In this document: positions 51,577 to 62,600 of the stretch, one piece after another | Numbering within the stretch: the first letter of the stretch is position 1 | Layout of the letters: each line of letters starts with the position of its first letter | NCBI GenBank assembly: GCA_000320545.1 | Contig: ADNK01002608.1 | Span: 62,001-126,000, forward strand | Length of the DNA stretch: 64,000 nucleotides | Direction: 5' to 3' | Source: Bigelowiella natans CCMP2755 | Taxonomy: Eukaryota; Protista; Cercozoa | The notes under the pieces: model-generated | The model's input: the letters and a program-made list of their open reading frames with translations, nothing else | What the model was told of the DNA's origin: nothing | Database searches by the model: none | Made by a program: the position numbers and the translations under genes

Positions 51577-52535
51577 CCTGAAGAGAAATTATTGTCAAAG
51601 GACATGCTGTAAGTCTTTCAAGAAAGAATTGTAATTTAGGAATGGCTAAAGGCATAAGCGTTTTCAGAACTTGGCACGGCAAACAACTTATTACGCTGGT
51701 GGGCAGGACTCTCGTGTGTTTGCCCCTTCCTTGTTTTTTGTGAGAAGCTCTCAACTTGTATTCGTGAGTGAGGAGATGGAGACAAAAGTGTAGGGGAGAA
51801 AATGTATCGCCAATCTATTATTCCGTGTCGCAGGTGCAAATTCGAGAACGAACGAACAACGAAAATAGAGTTAAAGATCCATCGGATGTTTCGTTTTCGA
51901 GAAGGGTTGATGAGGGTAATTATTATGTGTATTTGTGAAAGCCTTAGCTTCCTAAGATCAAAAATTGCGAGCGCGGTCCTCGTGGAGGTCCGGTCGCGGG
52001 TATTGGACATAGTTTTCAATTAGCACAGAAACCGATTCAGCAAAGCTTCATAATCTGGTTTATGCCTCCTGAGCAAGGACAAATATTGGAACAAGCGACT
52101 CATGTGGGACATTGAGATAGATCTCATTGCCATGAGACTTCCAGGCCTTTGAAATTTTTTCCAAATGTAAAATGGCTCATTTTGGTTGCAGCAGATGTGT
52201 TTTGGCCTGTAGTTTTCCTTTTCATCGATTTCAATTTTTGTCCTTTTCGTCTGTGTTTTCACGAAGCGACAACATCATCTTGGCGTCCTGTCTAGTCGTA
52301 GTGCATTTTCACATGCGCGTTGAGCGAAATCAAGAGCATGATCATCATTTCATGGTCAGGTCCGAAGCAAGAATGCATCGGACCAGCAGGATCGAATCGA
52401 TGAGAGTCTGGGTGAATCACAGACACAGCACAGCAATGTGATGTGTGCACAATGTGCACATCATGCTGCATGTCCATCATGTGAAAGTGGGCACAGACGG
52501 TCGGGCCCACCTAGCTAGCTAGCTAGCTAGCCACG

Positions 52536-53340
52536 ATTGGTGAAACTTTCCAGCTGTTTGTTGATCGACCACACCTCCAAAGAGTTGCACGAGCGTGACC
52601 ACCATTTTCAGTCTCAACAAGCAAGCTGCATGCTCACATGGTTTGGTGGTGCTGCCAGTCGACACCAGCTAGTTTTGACCATCAACACCAACAGGGCTAG
52701 AGGGTGCTGACTGCACGTGCTGACAAGTCCTCGCAATGATTTTTGTTTGCAGGTGCGGCTTCGTGCAAATGCACGTCTCCCACGTGGTTCTTGCGCACGT
52801 TGATTTTTGCACCAACCCAGCTCCAGAGCTAGCCAGCAATGCTCAGTTCAATGTTCAACCTTCAGTGTTCTTTGTCTTTCTTTCTTTCTTTCAAACAAGC
52901 AACATTCCACTTGCACACGCTCGTGCACACAGAGCCTTCATGGCTACATGGCGTACGCACACATGCGAACATGTGTTGCGCGGCATTTTTTGTGTCATGT
53001 GTTGTGAACACAGACATGACACCAAAAAGGACCCACACACGCAGTGGACAACATGTGTGCTGATGGGCTGTGCGCCATGGAGCCTTCTAGCCTTTGTGGC
53101 TACACATGATAAAATCCGTGGCACGAAAAGTTCTGACATGGCAGGTGTTCTTGTGACCTGGCTACTGGTGGTCTAGCTAGCTGGTGGTGTTGAAATCGGG
53201 GTGGCTATGGAAACCCCGCCTAGCACGTCACAGCTAGTGCGTGCGGACAAACACAACACTACGCTGCAGAGACGTGTGACATGGCGCATTGGTGGCACAC
53301 TAGCAGCTCGCGCGCATGCAAGCATGACTAGATGATGGCG
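52536..53340 (+). pseudogene. Possible hypermutated ERD2/KDEL-receptor-like relic
   Basis: Collinear fragments IGETFQLF, KSC...SLNKQ, QVLAMIFVCRC, IFCVMCCEHRHDTKKD, APWSLLAFV, GVLVTW, VEIGVAM..SQL resemble ERD2 once His/Cys/Met are reverted to Tyr/Ile. Frameshifts and stops present. Confidence 0.3.
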
Positions 53341-53379
53341 GGGTCTACTCACTGCAAGCATGTTGAACATCACTAAACC

Positions 53380-53558
53380 ATTGCTATGTGATGCATGTCA
53401 TATGTACGGCGAACAACAACCTGCTCTAAATGAAGGATTAGGACTTGTTTTCAAATACAGCTTAACAATTGCTATGTGATGCATGATGCATGTTGTATGT
53501 ACCGAGCCTATGCGAACAACCTGCTCTAAATGAAGGATTGGGACTTACTGTGAAATAC
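53380..53558. repeat. Imperfect tandem duplication (about 80-90 bp x2)
   Basis: attgctatgtgatgcatg...aacaacctgctctaaatgaaggatt(a/g)ggactt...aaatac occurs twice. Confidence 0.9.
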
Positions 53559-53705
53559 TGGTACTGTTATCCAAATTTTTCGTCAAAGCAAAGTATTCGC
53601 TTTGCTTAATAGATGCTGGATAATTGAGTCACTGTACATTGCAAATAATCACACCGAACACAAAAATTAGCTTTCACATGCGACTGATTGTGGTCATACT
53701 GATGA

Positions 53706-55394
53706 TTACTTGTGTACAAAAATGCCTCTGCCAAATTTTTCTCCTGGTTCATCGGTCTGCGCCAATACACAAACACGCACACGAACACTCTTAATATTTG
53801 AATAATTTATGTTTCAGTAGTTTATACGTACACATGAACAGGCACTCCGTATGGATGTGTGTGAGGAGGTGGGGGGGGGATGGGCAATCGTACTTCTACA
53901 TTTAAATGCATTGCATAAATTGAGAATAAACTTTATAATTTATCTCATACGGTAAGTATAATATCTCTCTCACTAATACTCACTTGGATTGATTCATAAT
54001 GGCCTGTATTTCCTACAGCACTGATAATTACATGTGGCGATAATGATGATGTTAGCACGGATGATGGCAATAGACAGATAGGGTAGACAGATATATTGAT
54101 AATCAGATAGAAAGGGGGTTCACACTCCCATGACAACAACAACAACAGCAGCAGCAGCAACAACAACAACAATAACAATAACGTACCGATGAAATAGGAT
54201 AATGCTGGGCTTCGTACTGTTATATTGAGCTGCTCCATCAGGGGAGGATATGCGTACGAAAAAATCCTTAACAATATACAATCAACAAAGAAGGACCATA
54301 GAAACCACATCAAACATATTTTTTTCATCATACAAGATGGGCAGCATGGCTTTTGATTGAGTTTATCAATAATGTCATATCTATTCTTCCTCAACATGTT
54401 GATGTGTAGATACAGATCTTTACGTGCATCAAACCACCCGTTGTTTTGTCTCTGGATGCGTGTAGAAAGATACAAAGAAGATATTCACTTCAAAGAATGC
54501 CGCCACATGCATATTGTGTGTTGGCCCAGCCGAAAACTTGACGTTTTGATATTGCTGATGTTGGTTAATAATAACAACGGTGTGAACATTAAAAGTAAGA
54601 CATATATTGCAGTACAATTACTACTATCTGATAATGGATGCAATGAGGTTGCTGCTTACGCTACCAGCTTGATTCTATCTCATAGTCATTAGGTTACTTT
54701 CAACTCTTCTTTCAAAGATTCTGTCCCTCTTACTACCACTACTACTATTACACTACTGCTACCACTACTATTACACCACAAACTGTTTCTACTATCTCTG
54801 TAAGAGAGGTAGTAGTAGTTGTAGTAGCAGCACCACCACCACACCTGTAGATACTCTTCGAAATCACATACATTTCCAAGATTCTTTCTAAACCTTTGAT
54901 TTACCAGCATCCACTTTGTCAGTTAGTAGTCATCAAAAATGGAGGAGTAGGAGGAGGAGGATGAGAAGGAGAAGGAGCAGAGCTACAGCAATGAGGTTGG
55001 TACAAAGCTGTCTATTTAGTGAATGGGAGAGGAGGTAATTGTCTGTTTCTAGTTTGAAAATCAGCGTCATTATTCGCTCTTGAATGAAGAACACCATCAT
55101 ATGGTAGTGTATTAGTAGCGGGTGAAGTTGGTGTGGATGTTTCAAGGTTGAGAATTTATACCAAATTGACAGATGATGAAAATGTAATGAGGGTGATAAC
55201 ATGAAAACCAGGAGGATTTACAAATATTATATAAATATATGCATTTTTTTCAAGCAAGAACTATCCTTCGTCTTCTTCACCATTCTTCTTTCACGCATTC
55301 TCGTAACACCTTCCGCCATTCCTTGCCTTTGATAAGTCTGGTGAAGAGAATGGAGTTATACACACGAAGAAGGTGAATCGATCACAATGATGAC

Positions 55395-55435
<41 letters not shown>

Positions 55436-55738
55436 AGAAAGTGGAAGAGGATTTCTGTCTTTAGTAAATATTCACTTGCAGCACTACTATTACCACAGAG
55501 AGAAAGTTACTCTAGCAATAACCACCACTACCATACCAACCTATCTTCTAAATGTGTGGATTATTTATAAGTTGGATGGCATTTGATATGGGGGAAATAA
55601 TAAGAATCATCATCATCATCATCATACCTCTGATTTGGTGTGAGCTGTCTGTAGGAGAGCGTACTTATTTCTTCTTCACTCGTACCAAACTTCTTCTCTT
55701 CTTCTCTCCTTTTCTCTCCCATTACTCCTTTACTACTA

Positions 55739-55778
<40 letters not shown>

Positions 55779-55968
55779 CTTGAAGACGATTCTTCGCAGC
55801 GGCTGTTCCAATAGCGGGAGGAGCAGCAGCAGAAGCAACAGCATATTTTGGCATTTTGATGAAGGGATGCTGTTTTTGTAATAATATCGTTAACAATACC
55901 GCCACTTACTCTCACTAGGTATTCTATACTCCAAGTAAATAGTTATAATAGTAATTATCTGATCATAT

Positions 55969-56030
<62 letters not shown>

Positions 56031-56381
56031 AAAACCCACCACCTTAGCATCTAACGAGTGAAATACAGCGTGAAAGAAGCATGTGCCATCGGCATGAGCT
56101 CCAACACGTTTTAAAGGTTTGGCTTTCTCGAAAACAATAAGTCCATAACTTCTTTTCCGAACGGGCCTACAGACACGACACAATCGTCACGACAAATAAT
56201 AGAATTTTAATAGAATTTAGTAATAGTTTTACTGATATGTGAAAGATTACTTCTAGTTTGGCGTTTTATAATGTAGATATTTAATAAATACATTGAGAGC
56301 AAGAACATAGGCATCTAAACTACCGGTGCTACCAATTTTATCATCATTATGGAGATAATGATGATGTAGACGACCCCTGTG

Positions 56382-56417
<36 letters not shown>

Positions 56418-57534
56418 CACTACTATTGGCTGATATGATGATTGACACATATCAGTACAACTGCAACTACCGCTCTCTCCATCAGGAAGATCTTTCATAT
56501 CGTCCACAGATTCTATGTTTATCCACCTTGTAAACAGTCATTCAGAAGCGATGATAAATCAAATATATCTTAAATTATCATGAAATCTTTTTATCCTTGC
56601 AAACTCGTTTTTACTTCGCACGTATGTTATTTATCCTCCAAATATGAAGGCAATGATCAATATATACTACCCTATCATCCTCATCGATTCAACGATAAAT
56701 TACCTTTCGTAATCTTCTTGTGGATGCACTTCTGCTTGGTGATAATGGTACCAGTATTGAAACGTGATTCCTCGATAGGAGTACTGCACCTATGATGACG
56801 ATGATGACGATGATGACGGTGATGATGATGATGACGATGATAAAGGGCAGAGTAGTAGTAGCAGTAGTAGAGATTCCTGATGATACTGATAAGTAACGAC
56901 GATGGATGTGGAGGAATATACTATTGCTACATCATTAGCTGTATTAGGTATCATAAAAAACAAAACAGTTGTTATTCTTATTCTGGTTCAATATCTGCGA
57001 AATTCCGTTATTGTATGCTACTACTTAATTATTATATTGTCTTTCAAAGTGGTTGTTAATGAAGAGTTTTTGATTATCATTACTACCATTATCACAACTG
57101 TAGTACCTGGATTTGTGGACCATCAACAACCCGCACAAAGCCTGGGATCCATTTTCCTCTTGCCTGATAAGTGATGAAGATTAGTCGGTGATAGTTGAAG
57201 TATTACTTCTATGATGCTGCTGCCGGTGATGATGAAGAAAATTCTGAACAAGTTGCTGTTAAATAGTATAGATACCTCATTGGGCTTCCGTCGCAGAATT
57301 ACCACATTTTGGCTCGGCTGACATGAGTACAATGTTTATTACTTGTGCATTTATCTGCAAGAGCATATAATAATGCACACTAGTATTTTATACACACATA
57401 TCAGTTTACATTTGTTACTACCATATATAAATATATTATATGTAATAATATAAATTTCACTGCACATTATTTATGTACATCATCATTTTCTACAATCAGT
57501 GAAGATTCATCATCATATATCACACAAACACACA

Positions 57535-57565
<31 letters not shown>

Positions 57566-58143
57566 CACCAACAGAAACCAATATAGATTCGTACATATGA
57601 TTACACAATTATCACAAATTCAATGATGGGGTACATCACCTTAAATTCTTCGCAAACATCCAAATTAGACGAAAATTGTCCTGGCTGTGCAAACCTTACA
57701 CAAAGTAATACAACAAGAGAATTAAAAATAATAACAATGATAGCAATAACGACGCACTGCTAGGGAAATAATTATATTATGACCGTCCCTACTACAAGGG
57801 GAAAATGTGACAAATGATAATAATAGAGAAAAGGAATCGACGCACGGAGGAGCAAGACAGTGTGTCAGAATTGTGGAAAAAGGGGGAAATTTAGGACGGA
57901 AAATAGGGAAAACAGCAGGCAAAATAGAAATAAATATGCCCTCTTTTACCTGTCCTTATCGTTTACTTTATGCAAAATCTCAGGAGGAGGGGGATCAGGA
58001 GGAGGAGGACGAGGAAAAGATAATGTTTAGAATAATGTAAAGCTTCTGGAAGCAGGCATGTAATTCATTTGTTCAAGCAACATTACGCTGCCAAGCTCTT
58101 GAGGACGGACAAATCAACCAATATGTATCTGTTACGCATAATT

Positions 58144-58182
<39 letters not shown>

Positions 58183-58704
58183 ACAAACTAAAATTGTGAA
58201 CGATGTTATTTAATGAATAATTACCAAATCCCACTTTGTATCCCATCCAACAAAATGAACATGAACCTATGTAGTAAGTAGTAGTAGTAGTAGTAGTAGT
58301 AGTGTCGGTAGTCGTAGCAGCACAGTAGTAGCAATAGTAGTGAGTACTATGTAAGTTCTAACACACTAGCCTGCTTCGTATCTTTACTGACCAAAACGAA
58401 AACATCTACTCACTCACTACTAAATCAGCTGGGGGGTGGTGGATTATTATTCACTTTATTTTTCATCATTTCGACTGGCGTGACCTGAAATTAAGAGCAG
58501 TAGCATAAAAGAAGACAAAGGCAACTAGATTATATATGCTTGAATAATAAATGAATAAATAATGCATACCTCGCCTAGAACCCACTTTCCAAACTCATCT
58601 CGAACATCCATTGTTTTTAATAGATCCTCCTTCTGCGTGTTCCCCTTTTGTTTGTTGGGTAGCCGTCGCTGTTGCGAAAAGCATGCTGATCGACCCTGTC
58701 CCAT
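53706..58704 (-). CDS. OTU-like cysteine protease/deubiquitinase with N-terminal extension (multi-exon)
   Basis: Catalytic Cys box GAHADGTCFFHAVFHSL (~56050-56100), VAAFFEVNIFFV, and His box GNTGHYESIQ (~53985-54015). Upstream exons include MDVRDEFGKWVLGE (Tudor/SH3-like pattern). The start MGQGRS at 58704 is tentative. Confidence 0.72.
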
Positions 58705-59239
58705 ATTCTCTTTGTGCCGCTTTTATGTGTTTAGCTACGTGGGGAGGATGAACAGAGGAGGAGGAGGAGGAATGGGATCAATTTCGCGTCGCTCTGTTTA
58801 GATATAGTGGAAGATTCATTGCTATCAGAGTGAGTGTGAGCATGTACAATGAATGATGCTTGGGTTCTTATTGGGTGGGGTGTCAATGAAGCACCAGGAT
58901 GTCCTTCCCGTACCAACTCACTCTTTGTGGTGTGGGAGGGAAGGAGGCGGAGAGGGTAGCGGTGGAACAGAGCGTGAAGAAGCAGGCTGATGGTAGTAGT
59001 AATGGTTTGTAGTAACGTCGTACATCTTTCTAGGATTTCTTCCTAATCTCGAAGTCGCACACATTGTAATTCAGGCAAACAGCATCTACGACACAGTAGA
59101 GCTGAAGCACTTGCTAACTTTCTTCTGCGACAAAGAAAGGAGCTTCAGTATTCGTAGAAGTTTTGTGCTACATTTTGGTTCTTTCTCTCATCCGAGCTGC
59201 CGACGAATCCCAATCTGGGACACTAGCGCATGTGAAACA

Positions 59240-59565
59240 TGTTGCGCGTAAGGTGTTCACAGGCCGAGGCGCTACGTGCACAAGTAGGCAGGGGGGGGGA
59301 AAGGCACGTTTGCTTCCTTTTGAAGAGTTGTGTTTATTTTTATTAAAGATTATATTTTTATTAAATCGTGCACTGCGTAATCATTCGCGAAGCTTTCGCG
59401 AATGCCGCCGCACGTGGGGCAGCACACTTCCGGTGTGCTGCCATGAGTCCCGCCGGAACCCACGTGCCTATGCTGTATTAATATCTACGTTATCTATATT
59501 CTATATCCGCGACAACCCCTTTGTTGTCGCACGTGACTTGTGCCCGCGTAGTGGTACGCGCTACA
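59240..59565 (-). repeat. 3' LTR of the gypsy element (326 bp)
   Basis: TG...CA ends with a 10/11 inverted repeat tgttgcgcgta / tacgcgctaca. On the minus strand it is immediately preceded by the PPT GGGGGAGG (59566-59573) and contains AATAAA signals. Confidence 0.88.
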
Positions 59566-59616
59566 CCTCCCCCAAGTCACGTTGCTCCTTCCTTCCTTCC
59601 TTATTCCCTTAGACCT

Positions 59617-62600
59617 TCATCGCTTTCGGAACTTCACCAACCACCAGGTAATAGATTCCTCTCTAACCTTATCTCCTTTGTCGCTTACCCAGAACTCACC
59701 TTCGTCCTTAGGTTCGTGTCCATACCAGCCCTCTGCATCAAGGTCCCCCAGGACCTTATACCAGTGCTCAAAGGGTAAGTCGGGAACAGCTAGGTAGAGT
59801 AGCTGATATTTTCCGTCCTTTATTTTCATAGCTACCCTCTCCATATTTCGTAATCCAGGGTAGCCTAGATAGACAATCTTCATGCGCCAATCGTCGTTCA
59901 CCCTGACCTTATTGTTTCCATATTCCACATCGAACTTAGGTCGGGGTCCTAAACAAGGCATTGCTCGCTCCCACACAGTAGGGTTTACTTTAACATCCTC
60001 TAGGAGCTTCTCACCGATATCATAATTCTTTAGGTGACTGATGTGGCGCAAGGTGACCCTGTTCCCATCATAGATGTAGTACTGCTTCCTCCCCTTCCTC
60101 TCGGTAACCTTTGCAACGCCACCCCAGAAGGGGTCTTGTTTATTTCTCGATCTCAGATTTACCTTGGCCCTAACATACTGTCCTTCCTTTAGAACTCGGC
60201 CATCGTACGGGACCTTCTCGTCTTCGCTCTCGGTATCGTCGTCGTTGTCGTCGCCTTCTTCCCTCTCCTTATCCTTGATACCTCCCCCAGACGTGAAGGT
60301 GTCGTTTACTAACCCTTGTATCTTGTCTGGTGTGGTGCTATTTATCCTGCTTAGGTTGGCCAAGGTGCGGTGGAGTCGCTCTACCTTGGAGTTGGACTGG
60401 GCATAGTATACAGGTGAGGCATCAATATTAGGGTGTGGTAGCTGTAGAAGAGAGGTCTCATTATCCACATGTAACTTCTTTGGTATCTTGTTTATGCTAA
60501 CTTCATCAGGGATAGCCTGGAGCTCAGACTCCCAGGTACGGTAGCAGTTAGTAAGCCTCTGCTTATATAAGCCTTTGTTCTTCTTAGCAACGTTGACCTT
60601 GATAATCTTTTTAACCCAGCACTTTCCAGTGGCCACATCAACGAAGGTAAGGTAGTGATAGCCATCGTACTTATAAACATCAATTTGCACGATATCTAAG
60701 AAGTTCCTTGCTTTGATTTTCTTAGATGCACGGCTCTTGCTGGACTCCTTGGTGGCGACGCCTGCCGCCTTCAAGCTGGAGCACCTGCAGCCACGCAGGT
60801 ATGTCCTTATCTCTTTTAGCTTGTAGGGCCAGTAGTAATGGTAGAGTAGAGCAGTGATATGGTTTTCTCCTACGTGTGCAGGTCCATGGGCGGTAAAGAG
60901 AAGGGCTCCCCTGGTCCGCCGTGGCACGTAGGTACGCCTAACATTATTAGTGTATACATATATCCTATCACTAAGTACCTCATGCTTGTGTTTGTATTTA
61001 TCCAGGTGTTCTTGAAGGTGCTGGAGCTCCTCTGGCTCAGGCAGGAAGTCGCCGTCCTCGAAGGTAATCGCGTTAACCATAGGGGTGACCTGGGTAGGGA
61101 CTTTCTTTTCGAACAGCCTGCTGAAATAGTCAGCAAGCTGCTTGTCTCCTGGTGCGTAGACCACTGTCCTCTTGTCCCTAAACTCTTCCGTGTCCGCCCT
61201 CATAGCTGCATACTCATCGTTAGGCGCTTCGAGCTTGCGGTCGATGCCTAGGAGGGGCTTGTGGTCAGTCATTAAGGTGAAGCTGGGCACCGACAGCAGG
61301 TAGTATCTTAGTTTCCTCTGCGCCTCAGTCATGGCTTTATACTCTCCTTTTGTAGGGCTGTACTTGGCCTCAGCTGCTGTGCAGGCCCTGCCCCACACCC
61401 GTATGATCTGCTGGTCTTGGGTAAGTACAGCAGCCATACCTAGCTTAGACCAGTCTGTCCATAGGGTAGCTGGTCTAGTAGTGTCTAGCTTAGCATTCAA
61501 TAGGGTGTTGCTGCATAACTTTATTAGGTTATCGAAGTGGGCATCAAGGCCAGCCTTGGCCCACACCTTAGCGAAGCTGAGGCCTACAGAGTTCTCCTTC
61601 CGGTAAGCAGTAGTAAAAGCAGCTGCAGTCCTAGCGTAGGTAGGGGAGAACCTACGTAGTATCCAAGCTGCAGTCTGCAAGAATGACTTTAACTCCTTTG
61701 CATTCTTAGGTTTAGGGGCTTGCTGTAGTGCTGCTACTTTCTCGGGGTTTGGGGTGATGCGGCCTTGCTCCAGGTAATATCCACACCACTTGATTCTTGT
61801 AGCTAGGAATGTACACTTCTGCAGTCTAATAGTAAAACCGAAGTGTGCAAACCTAATAAATATATTTTCCAGGAGGAAGATCTGAGCGACGACTGTGTTG
61901 GTACATATTATGTCATCATCCACATACACAAACACAAACACCCACAACACAGACGCCATCCCATCATGTGTGTATGCCCTGTAGTTCTGACTACTGAACG
62001 CATCCCCTGATATGCTTAGGCCGTAAGGGAATACGACGAAGTGCCACTTCCTGTGCCTGCTGGAGAACGCGGTAATGGGGCGGGAGGTTTTGTGGATGGG
62101 TGTCTGCATGTATGATTCATTTTTATCTAGGGAAGAGTAGTATTTGTATCCTATGACGTGTTCAATAACGTCATCTATCCTTGGTGTAGGTGTCTGGATC
62201 CTCTTTATTACTCGGTTGTGGCGGATGAAGTTGTGCGCCAGGCGGAAGAAAGGGTAAGTAGGTTTCTTAGCTAGCACATGTCTCACGTTCCATGGTGAGT
62301 TGCTTGGCTCTATCTTCCCTTCCTTTGCCCATTCATTGATCTGCCACTCTATCTTTTCCCAGTCCGCTTCCGGTCGCCTATGTTCTGGGTCATTGATGAT
62401 GCACTCTTCGTATCCCTTCTTTAGCTCGATCTTTACTGGGGTAAGCTTGCTGGAGGGCTTCGTCGTCGGCTTGGTGATGTCAGAGTACTTCTCGTTTAAT
62501 ATTTTATTAATGTACTTTTTGCCTTTGTCGATATCCCAATCATCAGCTGGGGGGGTCTTGTCCAGTAGCTCCGTTATCTGTCGGATGGTCTTGCCGGGGT

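Noticed and set aside
5150-53400. CpG deamination as the cause of TG/CA excess in islands
   Set aside because: CpG remains common (e.g. gcgcgcg) while TpA is lost, and paired copies show TA versus TG/CA.
53380-53558. CRISPR-like repeat
   Set aside because: Only two imperfect units, no unique spacers, eukaryotic context.
306-58916. Many short ORF-track entries with poly-L/V/T/H/M/Y-I runs
   Set aside because: They are translations of intronic microsatellites or antisense frames; real exons are short and spliced.
59163-59797. Plus-strand ORFs over the LTR
   Set aside because: They are antisense to the element, have non-ATG starts and show no recognisable domain.
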